Below, in pieces: positions 53,501 to 64,000 of a DNA stretch of 64,000 bases. A model generated the notes under the pieces. The model saw only the letters and a program-made list of their open reading frames with translations. It was not told where the DNA came from and did not search any database. The position numbers were made by a program, and so were the translations under genes. Every line of letters begins with the position of its first letter. Within the stretch, counting starts at the first letter, position 1. Source of the stretch: Balanoglossus misakiensis (lineage: Eukaryota; Animalia; Hemichordata); assembly GCA_040954595.2 (NCBI GenBank), contig CM082587.2, forward strand, positions 11,103,403 to 11,167,402, written 5' to 3'.

Positions 53501-56500
53501 CGACACTCAGGCTTCACTTACAAAAAGTGGAAAATATAAATGCTACATTGGTAGGCTGAAAGCTTACTTCCTGAGACTGTTTGTGCCAATGACGGGTAAG
53601 ACCTCTTATGAAGTGGTGACCTAAGACAGGCGACACTCAGGCTTCACTTACAAAAAGTGGAAAATATAATAGCTACATTGGTAGGCTGAAAGCTTACTTC
53701 CTGTCTGTTTGTGCCAATGACGGGTAAGACCGCTTATGAAGTGGTGACCTAAGACAGGCGACACTCAGCTTCACTTACAAAAAGTGGAAAATATAATAGC
53801 TACATTGGTAGGCTGAAAGCTTACTTCCTGAGACTGTTTGTGCCAATGACGGGTAAGACCGCTTATGAATTGGTGACCTAAGACAGGCGACACTCAGGCG
53901 TCACTTACAAAAAGTGGAAAATATAATAGCTACATTGGTTGGCTGAAAGTTTACTTCCTGAGACTGTTGTGCCAATGACGGGTAAGACCGCTTATGAAGT
54001 GGTGACCTAAGACAGGCGACAGTCAGGCTTCACTTACAAAAAGTGGAAAATATGATAGCTACATTGGTAGGCTGAAAGCTTACTTCCTGAGACTGTTTGT
54101 GCCAATGACGGGTAAGACATCTTATGAAGTGGTGACCTAAGACAGGCGACACTCAGGCTTCACTTACAAAAAGTGGATACTATAATAGCTACATTGGTAG
54201 GCTGAAAGCTTACTTCCTGAGACTGTTTGTGCAAATGACGGGTAAGACCGCTTATGAAGTGGGGACCTAAGACAGGCGACAGTCAGGCTTCACTTACAAA
54301 AAGTGGAAAATATAATAGCTACATTGGTAGGCTGAAAGATTACTTCCTGAGACTGTTTGTGCCAATGACGGGTAAGACCGCTTATGAAGTGGTGACCTAA
54401 GACAGGCGACACTCAGGCTTCACTTACAAAAAGTACAAAATATAATAGCTACATTGGTAGGCTGAAAGATTACTTCCTGAGACTGTTTGTGCCAATGACG
54501 GGTAAGACCGCGCTTATGAAGTGGTGACCTAAGACAGGTGACACTCAGGCTTCACTTACAAAAAGTGTAAAATATAATAGCTACATTGGTAGGCTGAAAG
54601 CTTACTTCCTGAGACTGTTTGTGCCAATGACGGGTAAGACCGTTTATGAAGTGGTGATCTAAGACAGGCGACAGTCAGGCTTCACTTACAAAAAGTGGAA
54701 AATATAATAGCTACATTGGTAGGCTGAAAGCTTATTTCCTGAGACTGTTTGTGCCAATGACGGGTAAGACCGCTTATGAAGTGGTGACCTAAGACAGGCG
54801 ACAGTCAGGCTTCACTTACAAAAAGTGGAAAATATAATAGCTACATTGGTAGGCTGAAAGCTTACTTCCTGAGACTGTTTGTGCCAATAACGGGTAAGAC
54901 CTCTTATGAAGTGGTGACCTAAGACAGGCGACACTCAGGCTTCACTTACAAAAAGTGGAAAATATAATAGCTACATTGGTAGGCTGAAAGCTTACTTCCT
55001 GAGACTGTTTGTGCCAATGACGGGTAAGACCGCTTATGAAGTGGTGACCTAAGACAGGCGACACTCAGGCTTCACTTACAAAAAGTGGAAAATATAATAG
55101 CTACATTGGTAGGCTGAAAGCTTACTTCCTGAGACTGTTTGTGCCAATAACGGGTAAGACCTCTTATGAAGTGGTGACCTAAGACAGGCGACACTCAGGC
55201 TTCAGTTACAAAAAGTGGAAAATATAATAGCTACATCGGTAGGCTGGAAGCTTACTTCCTGAGACTGTTTGTGCCAATGACGGGTATGACTGCTAATGAA
55301 GTGGTGACCTAAGACAGGTGAAACTCAGGCTTCACTTACAAAAAGTGGAAAATATAATAGCTACATTGGTAGGCTGAAAGCTTACTTCCGGAGACTGTTT
55401 GTGCCAATGCCGGGTAAGACCGCTTATGAAGTGGTGACCTAAGACAGGCGACAGTCAGGCTTCACTTACAAAAAGTGGAAAATATAATAGCTACAATGGT
55501 AGGCTGAAAGCTTACGTCCTGAGACTGTTTGTGCCAATGACGGGTATGACTGCTAATGAAGTGGTGACCTAAGACAGGCGACACTCAGGCTTCACTTACA
55601 AAAAGTGGAAAATATAATAGCTACATTGGTAGGCTGAAAGATTACTTCCTTAGACTATTTGCGCCAATGACGGGTAAGACCTCTTATGAAGTGGTGACCT
55701 AAGACAGGCGACACTCAGGCCTCACTTACAAAAAGTGGAAAATATAATAGCTACATTGGTAGGCTGAAAGCTTACTTCCTGAGACTGTTTGTGCCAATGA
55801 CGGGTAAGACCGTTTATGAAGTGGTGACCTAAGACAGGCGACAGTCAGGCATCACTTACAAAAAGTGGAAAATATAATAGCTACATTGGTAGGCTGAAAG
55901 CTTACTTCCTGAGACTGTTTGTGCCAATGACGGGTAAGAACGCTTATGAAGTGGTGACCTAATACAGGCGACAGTCAGGCTTCACTTACAAAAAGTGGAA
56001 AATACAATAGCTACATTGGTAGGCTGAAAGCTTACTTCCTGAGACTGTTTGTGCCAATGACGGGTAAGACCTCTTATGAAGTGGTGACCTAAGACAGGCG
56101 ACAGTCAGGCTTCACTTACAAAAAGTGGAAAATATAATAGCTACATTGGTAGGCTGAAAGCTTACTTCCTGAGACTGTTTGTGCCAATGACGGGTAAGAC
56201 CTCTTATGAAGTGGTGACCTAAGACAGGCGACAGTCAGGCTTCACTTAAAAAAAGTGGAAAATACAATAGCTACATTGGTAGGCTGAAAGCTTACTTCCT
56301 GAGACTGTTTGTGCCAATGACGGGTAAGACCTCTTATGAAGTGGTGACCTAAGACCGACGACAGTCAGGCTTCACTTACAAAAAAGTGGAAAATACAATA
56401 GCTACATTGGTAGGCTAAAAGCTTACTTCCTGAGACTGTTTGTGCCAATGACGGGTAAGACCGCTTATGAAGTGGTGACCTAAGACAGGCGACAGTCAGG

Positions 56501-59500
56501 CTTCACTTACAAAAAGTGGAAAATATAATAGCTACATTGGTAGGCTGAAAGATTACTTCCTGAGACTGTTTGTGCCAATGACGGGTAAGACCGCTTATGA
56601 AGTGGTGACCTAAGACAGGCGACACTCAGGCTTCACTTACAAAAAGTGGAAAATATAATAGCTACATTGGTAGGCTGAAAGATTACTTCCTGAGACTGTT
56701 TGCGCCAATGACGGGTAAGACCGCTTATGAAGTGGTGACCTAAGACAGGTGACACTCAGGCTTCACTTACAAAAAGTGTAAAATATAATAGCTACATTTG
56801 TAGGCTGAAAGCTTACTTCCTGAGACTGTTTGTGCCAATGACGGGTAAGACCGTTTATGAAGTGGTGATCTAAGACAGGCGACAGTCAGGCTTCACTTAC
56901 AAAAAGTGGAAAATATAATAGCTACATTGGTAGGCTGAAAGCTTATTTCCTGAGACTGTTTGTGCCAATGACGGGTAAGACCGCTTATGAAGTGGTGACC
57001 TAAGAAAGGCGACACTCAGGCTTCACTTACAAAAAGTGGAAAATATAATAGCTACATTGGTAGGCTGAAAGCTTACTTCCTGAGACTGTTTGTGCCAATA
57101 ACGGGTAAGACCTCTTATGAAGTGGTGACCTAAGACAGGCGACACTCAGGCTTCACTTACAAAAAGTGGAAAATATAATAGCTACATTGGTAGGCTGAAA
57201 GCTTACTTCCTGAGACTGTTTGTGCCAATGACGGGTAAGACCGTATATGAAGTGGTGACCTAAGACAGGCGACAGTCAGGCTTCACTTACAAAAAGTGGA
57301 AAATATAATAGCTACATCGGTAGGCTGGAAGCTTACTTCCTGAGACTGTTTGTGCCAATGACGGGTATGACTGCTAATGAAGTGGTGACCTAAGACAGGT
57401 GAAACTCAGGCTTCACTTACAAAAAGTGGAAAATATAATAGCTACATTGGTAGGCTGAAAGATTACTTCCTTAGACTATTTGCGCCAATGACGGGTAAGA
57501 CCTCTTATGAAGTGGTGACCTAAGACAGGCGACACTCAGGCCTCACTTACAAAAAGTGGAAAATATAATAGCTACATTGGTAGGCTGAAAGCTTACTTCC
57601 TGAGACTGTTTGTGCCAATGACGGGTAAGACCGCTTATGAAGTGGTGACCTAAGACAGGCGACAGCCAGGCTTCACTTACAAAAAGTGGAAAATATAATA
57701 GCTACATTGGTAGGCTGAAAGCTTACTTCCTGAGACTGTTTGTGCCAATAACGGGTAAGACCGCTTATGAAGTGGTGACCTAAGACAGGCGACAGTCAGG
57801 CTTCACTTACAAAAAGTGGAAAATATAATAGCTACATCGGTAGGCTGGAAGCTTACTTCCTGAGACTGTTTGTGCCAATGACGGGTAAGACCGTTTATGA
57901 AGTGGTGACCTAAGACAGGCGACACTCAGGCTTCACTTACAAAAAGTGGAAAATATAATAGCTACATTGGTAGGCTGAAAGCTTACTTCCTGAGACTGTT
58001 TGTGCCAATGACGGGTAAGACCTCTTATGAAGTGGTGACCTAAGACAGGCGACACTCAGGCTTCACTTACAAAAAGTGGAAAATATAATAGCTACATTGG
58101 TAGGCTGAAAGCTTACTTCCTGAGACTGTTTGTGCCAATAACGGGTAAGACCGCTTATGAAGTGGTGACCTAAGACAGGCGACAGTCAGGCTTCACTTAC
58201 AAAAAGTGGAAAATATAATAGCTACATTGGTAGGCTGAAAGCTTACTTCCTGAGACTGTTTGTGCCAATAACGGGTAAGACCGCTTATGAAGTGTTGACC
58301 TAAGACAGGCGACAGTCAGGCTTCACTTACAAAAAGTGGAAAATATAATAGCTACATCGGAAGGCTGGAAGCTTACTTCCTGAGACTGTTTGTGCCAATG
58401 ACGGGTATGACTGCTAATGAAGTGGTGACCTAAGACAGGCGACACTCAGGCTTCACTTACAAAAAGTGGAAAATATAATAGCTACATTGGTAGGCTGAAA
58501 GATTACTTCCTTAGACTATTTGCGCCAATGACGGGTAAGACCTCTTATGAAGTGGTGACCTAAGACAGGCTACACTCAGGCCTCACTTACAAAAAGTGGA
58601 AAATATATATAGCTACATTGGTAGGCTGAAAGCTTACTTCCTGAGACTGTTTGTGCCAATGACGGGTAAGACCGTTTATGAAGTGGTGACCTAAGACAGG
58701 CGACAGTCAGGCTTCACTTACAAAAAGTGGAAAATATAATAGCTACATTGGTAGGCTGAAAGCTTACTTCCTGAGACTGTTTGTGCAAATGACGGGTAAG
58801 ACCGTTTATAAAGTGGTGACCTAAGACAGGCGACAGTCAGGCTTCACTTACAAAAAGTGGAAAATATAATAGCTACATTGGTAGGCTGAAAGCTTACTTC
58901 CTGAGACTGTTTGTGCCAATAACGGGTAAGACCGCTTATTAAGTGGTGACCTAAGACAGGCGACAGTCAGGCTTCACTTACAAAAAGTGGAAAATACAAT
59001 AGCTACATTGGTAGGCTGAAAGCTTACTTCCTGAGACTATTTGCGCCAATGACGGGTAAGAACGCTTATGAAGTGGTGACCTAATACAGGCGACAGTCAG
59101 GCTTCACTTACAAAAAGTGGAAAATATAATAGCTACATTGGTAGGCTGAAAGCTTACTTCCTGAGACTGTTTGTGCCAATAACGGGTAAGACCTCTTATG
59201 AAGTGGTGACCTAAGACAGGCGACACTCAGGCTTCACTTACAAAAAGTGGAAAATATAATAGCTACATTGGTAGGCTGAAAGCTTACTTCCTGAGACTGT
59301 TTGTGCCAATGACGGGTAAGACCGTATATGAAGTGGTGACCTAAGACAGGCGACAGTCAGGCTTCACTTACAAAAAGTGGAAAATATAATAGCTACATCG
59401 GTAGGCTGGAAGCTTACTTCCTGAGACTGTTTGTGCCAATGACGGGTATGACTGCTAATGAAGTGGTGACCTAAGACAGGTGAAACTCAGGCTTCACTTA

Positions 59501-61670
59501 CAAAAAGTGGAAAATATAATAGCTACATTGGTAGGCTGAAAGATTACTTCCTTAGACTATTTGCGCCAATGACGGGTAAGACCTCTTATGAAGTGGTGAC
59601 CTAAGACAGGCGACACTCAGGCCTCACTTACAAAAAGTGGAAAATATAATAGCTACATTGGTAGGCTGAAAGCTTACTTCCTGAGACTGTTTGTGCCAAT
59701 GACGGGTAAGACCGTTTATGAAGTGGTGACCTAAGACAGGCGACAGTCAGGCTTCACTTACAAAAAGTGGAAAATATAATAGCTACATTGGTAGGCTGAA
59801 AGCTTACTTCCTGAGACTGTTTGTGCAAATGACGGGTAAGACCGTTTATAAAGTGGTGACCTAAGACAGGCGACAGTCAGGCTTCACTTACAAAAAGTGG
59901 AAAATATAATAGCTACATTGGTAGGCTGAAAGCTTACTTCCCGAGACTGTTTGTGCCAATGACGGATAAGACCGCTTATGAAGTGGTTACCTAAGACAGG
60001 CGACAGCCAGGCTTCACTTACAAAAAGTGGAAAATATAATAGCTACATTGGTAGGCTGAAAGCTTACTTCCTGAGACTGTTTGTGCCAATGACGGGTAGG
60101 ACCGCTTATGAAGTGGTGACCTAAGACAGGCGACAGTCAGGCTTCACTTACAAAAAGTGGAAAATATAATAGCTACATTGGTAGGCTGAAAGCTTACTTC
60201 CCGAGACTGTTTGTGCCAATGACGGATAAGACCGCTTATGAAGTGGTGACCTAAGACAGGCGACAGCCAGGCTTCACTTACAAAAAGTGGAAAATATAAT
60301 AGCTACATTGGTAGGCTGAAAGCTTACTTCCTGAGACTGTTTGTGCCAATAACGGGTAAGACCGCTTATTAAGTGGTGACCTAAGACAGGCGGCAGTCAG
60401 GCTTCACTTACAAAAAGTGGAAAATATAATAGCTACATTGGTAGGCTGAAAGCTTACTTCCTGAGACTGTTTGTGCAAATGACGGGTAAGACCGTTTATG
60501 AAGTGGTGACCTAAGACAGGCGACAGTCAGGCTTCACTTACAAAAAGTGGAAAATATAATAGCTACATTGGTAGGCTGAAAGCTTACTTCCTGAGACTGT
60601 TTGTGCCAATAACGGGTAAGACCGCTTATGAAGTGGTGACCTAAGACAGGCGACAGTCAGGCTTCACTTACAAAAAGTGGAAAATATAATAGCTACATTG
60701 GTAGGCTGAAAGCTTACTTCCGGAGACTGTTTGTGCCAATGCCGGGTAAGACCGCTTATGAAGTGGTGACCTAAGACAGGCGACAGTCAGGCTTCACTTA
60801 CAAAAAGTGGAAAATACAATAGCTACATTGGTAGTCTGAAAGCTTACTTCCTGAGACTGTTTGTGCCAATGACGGGTAAGAACGCTTATGAAGTGGTGAC
60901 CTAATACAGGCGACAGTCAGGCTTCACTTACAAAAAGTGGAAAATACAATAGCTACATTGGTAGGCTGAAAGCTTACTTCCTGAGACTGTTTGTGCCAAT
61001 GACGGGTAAGACCTCTTATGAAGTGGTGACCTAAGACAGGCGACAGTCAGGCTTCACTTACAAAAAGTGGAAAATATAATAGCTACATTGGTAGGCTGAA
61101 AGCTTACTTCCTGAGACTGTTTCTGCCAATGACGGGTAAGACCGCTCATGAAGTGGTGACCTAAGACAGGCGACAGTCAGGCTTCACTTACAAAAAGTGG
61201 AAAATACAATAGCTACATTGGTAGGCTGAAAGCTTACTTCCTGAGACTGTTTGTGCCAATGACGGGTAATACCTCTTATGAAGTGGTGACCTAAGACAGG
61301 CGACAGTCAGGCTTCACTTACAAAAAGTGGAAAATATAATAGCTACATTGGTAGGCTGAAAGCTTACTTCCTGAGACTGTTTGTGCCAATGACGGGTAAG
61401 ACCTCTTATGAAGTGGTGACCTAAGACAGGCGACAGTCAGGCTTCACTTACAAAAAGTGGAAAATACAATAGCTACATTGGTAGGCTGAAAGCTTACTTC
61501 CTGAGACTGTTTGTGCCAATGACGGGTAAGACCTCTTATGAAGTGGTGACCTAAGACCGACGACAGTCAGGCTTCACTTACAAAAAAGTGGAAAATACAA
61601 TAGCTACATTGGTAGGCTGAAAGCTTACTTCCTGAGACTGTTTGTGCCAATGACGGGTAAGACCGCTTAT
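11596..61670. repeat. Satellite DNA array: 130-bp monomer, ~385 head-to-tail copies, one HindIII site in most monomers
   Basis: Consensus ggctgaaagcttacttcctgagactgtttgtgccaatgacgggtaagaccgcttatgaagtggtgacctaagacaggcgacagtcaggcttcacttacaaaaagtggaaaatataatagctacattggta. Period is 130 (e.g. 11641 to 11771); copies typically differ from consensus at 0-4 positions, and indels are rare. Confidence 0.99.
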
Positions 61671-64000
61671 TATTATTATTATTATTTCATCTTTATTTCA
61701 GATTATAAAATAATCCATAGCAAAACAAAATACCATAAAAACATCAAAACAATCGTCTACTCCAAACCTTCCAAAGTCCACTATTTGAGAACTCTGATAG
61801 TGATAAAACACTGGCTACAAGTGGATTACTTGAGAGGTGGAGTCTGCTTAAAAAGCTGAATGATTTTTTCCGGAGTATTTCATCAAAAGTTAAAATGGAA
61901 AGATTAACAAACATCGCACTGTTGCTCTGAATAAAAGAATGTTTAAATCCAGACAATTTACGGAAAACCTGGGAGTAAGCTCTCCTAACTGCATTAAAAA
62001 TACACACAGAAAAAGCATTCCATAAGTAAGAGCAATACGGGATATCACAAAATACAGAAAACAAATGACATTTAACAGAGATAGACGCAAATTTAAAATC
62101 ACGAATAATCGCATTACCGCGAACATAAAATTGTCGCGTTTGAGCTAGAATGTCCTCATTATCCCTAAGGTCACAAGTGATAAGGTGACCAAGATATTTA
62201 TAAACATTGACATAATTCAGCATTCGGCCGTTCAGATAAATTGGAACGTGTCTGAGCCTACGCATACTTGGCTGAATTAACATACAGACTGTTTTTTTCT
62301 CATTGAAGAAAATTGAGTTAATGCTGCCATAATGACCACAAGTATCAACAAGCATCTGCTGGCCATAGGCTCCAGTAGATATAATAACCAAATCATCGGC
62401 GTAAATTAAATGATTAACCTTATAGTCCCCTACAAGGCAGCCATACGGAAGAGCGGAAAGATTTTTGCTGATATCATCCAAGTAGACTGTGAAAAATATA
62501 GGTGACGTAATTCCCCCCTGTTTAACCCCATTCTTTGAGTGAAAAGGTTTAGATAACAACCCATTCCATCTCACCACAAAATCTTGGTGCCTATACATGT
62601 ATGACAAAATCTTAATGAGATAAGGATTGACACCCCTCGCCAAAAATTTTACAAAGAGAATATCGTGACGAACATAATCAAAAGCTTTGGATGCATCCAT
62701 AAAAGTGACAAAAACAGGAGTGTTACAACGCTTGTAATAATTCAAAATTTCTTTAAGAACAAAAATTGACATATCGGTACCATGGCCTGGTTTAAATCCA
62801 AACTGGTGCTCGCTAGTCGTTAGACAATCCATGCAGCGATTTAACCAAACTCTCTCTAACAGTTTAGATATCGTTGTTGCAACAGCAACAGGACGGTAGT
62901 TCGATTTGTCACAAATGTCACCACCTGGGTTTTTTGGAATGGGAACCAAAACCGTAGTCATCAATTGTTTGGGAACAATGCCATGAATTAACATAGCCGT
63001 GAAACAGAGGGAAAGTAGAACACTGACTCTGTATGGCGCATACTTCAAGTGCTCAGGTGACACCATGTCGATACCCGACGATGCACCTGTCTTAAGGTTC
63101 TTAATTAATTCACAAATTTCTTCATGGTGTACAATCATGTCATCACAGTACTCAATGTTCATAAAATCAGGTGCGGACTCTTTTCCAGTTTTTGTCAAAA
63201 TATTCTCGTAATGGTCTTTCCACATATTAACCACTTCAACATCACCCGAATGACCATCAATAGATGATGGAGATATTGATCTACCTTTCCGTTTACTGAC
63301 ATCTTTCCAGTACGCCTTGGAGTCTTTCTTTAATTTTACAGCCAGGGCATTTGCGCGCATTTCTTTTTCTGCCTTCTTACAATTTGCTAACTGCCTTTTA
63401 AATTGAGCTCTGGACCTGCGCATAAGTTCAAAGAAGGGACCAAATTTAGGGGAGCCATTATCCTTCCAGATTAAAAAATCAGTGCGAGCTTTGTCATAAT
63501 AATCTTTGACTAGAGCATTCCAACCAGGAATTGCATGCTTATTTGAGTGTGTAATTTTAGGAAGAGTCCTATCCGCTGCGGTTAAAAGTACAGAAATAAT
63601 ATCATTGTAAAAAGTGTCAATCGACTCTGAATGTATACAGCAGTCTGGATCAGTACATGCTAGTGCTTCAACAGGAATATAAACTTCAGATAAAAGTCTA
63701 TCACAATACACTTTATAGTTTTCAAGTTGACAAGAGAACGCTTTGTTCCAACTAGGACTATGTATTTCAGCTGGTGACGAAATACTAATCCTTGGTAGCA
63801 AATGAGTCTTCAAAGTGAACATTACAGGGAAGTGATCAGATGAAATGAAATCATAGTTTACCTTAACAGAATCAACTATAGTATCAGACGATGATGAGCA
63901 TATAATGTGATCAAGCCAACTTCTGGCTGAACACGAATCACTTAAATATGTAAACGTTTCAGGGGGCAGGCGTTCAATGTCTGAAAAGACGAACTTATTA
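61667..64000 (-). mobile_element. Non-LTR retrotransposon, RTE group (RTEX/Proto2-like), running off the window; 3' end with AATAAA and (AAT)n tail
   Basis: ORF2 is followed by a short T-rich 3'UTR and ...tctgaaataaagatgaaataataataat... on the minus strand. The clade call is from recalled motifs. Confidence 0.9.
61744..63999 (-). CDS. LINE ORF2 (APE endonuclease C-terminus plus reverse transcriptase), 5' incomplete at the window edge
   Basis: The frame stays open upstream of the listed Met to the window edge: NKFVFSDIERLPPETFTYLSDSCSARSWLDHIICS...SSDHFPV (APE motifs). RT motifs NYRPVA, QFGFKPG, FMDASKAFD, GVKQGGITSP, IYADD and YKYLG follow. Confidence 0.93.
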   Translation of the reverse strand, partial: NKFVFSDIERLPPETFTYLSDSCSARSWLDHIICSSSSDTIVDSVKVNYDFISSDHFPVMFTLKTHLLPRISISSPAEIHSPSWNKAFSCQLENYKVYCDRLLSEVYIPVEALACTDPDCCIHSESIDTFYNDIISVLLTAADRTLPKITHSNKHAIPGWNALVKDYYDKARTDFLIWKDNGSPKFGPFFELMRRSRAQFKRQLANCKKAEKEMRANALAVKLKKDSKAYWKDVSKRKGRSISPSSIDGHSGDVEVVNMWKDHYENILTKTGKESAPDFMNIEYCDDMIVHHEEICELIKNLKTGASSGIDMVSPEHLKYAPYRVSVLLSLCFTAMLIHGIVPKQLMTTVLVPIPKNPGGDICDKSNYRPVAVATTISKLLERVWLNRCMDCLTTSEHQFGFKPGHGTDMSIFVLKEILNYYKRCNTPVFVTFMDASKAFDYVRHDILFVKFLARGVNPYLIKILSYMYRHQDFVVRWNGLLSKPFHSKNGVKQGGITSPIFFTVYLDDISKNLSALPYGCLVGDYKVNHLIYADDLVIISTGAYGQQMLVDTCGHYGSINSIFFNEKKTVCMLIQPSMRRLRHVPIYLNGRMLNYVNVYKYLGHLITCDLRDNEDILAQTRQFYVRGNAIIRDFKFASISVKCHLFSVFCDIPYCSYLWNAFSVCIFNAVRRAYSQVFRKLSGFKHSFIQSNSAMFVNLSILTFDEILRKKSFSFLSRLHLSSNPLVASVLSLSEFSNSGLWKVWSRRLF

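Noticed and set aside
11596-61670. CRISPR array
   Set aside because: There are no unique spacers (whole 130-bp units repeat), no cas genes, and the context is eukaryotic TE sequence.
61644-63211. ORFs 61644-61859, 61890-62126 and 62999-63211
   Set aside because: Shadow frames of the LINE ORF2 and tail; the poly-Tyr run is the (TAT)n tail.

Overview
Eukaryotic, repeat-dominated window, most likely from an invertebrate animal (inferred from the transposon complement); no intact host gene is visible. Bases 1-11.6 kb are a nested pile of transposon remnants: Academ-like ends and a decayed Academ-like ORF with a ubiquitin-like segment and a Cys-rich C-terminus, a decayed Tx1/L1 fragment, a foldback element with 508-bp arms and a 7-bp TSD that carries a hAT-like MITE with a 6-bp TSD, and a 5'-truncated L2 LINE. 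Bases 11,596-61,670 are a single uninterrupted ~50-kb tandem array of a 130-bp monomer (~385 copies). The array shows nested higher-order repeats, an ~11-kb internal duplication and symmetric variant layering, and its monomer is an imperfect palindrome. It ends where an RTE-group (RTEX/Proto2-like) LINE with an open ORF2 joins it through its (AAT)n tail, at the apex of the monomer's central hairpin. There is no CRISPR array and no recognisable RNA gene. All analysis was by eye, so family assignments need database confirmation.
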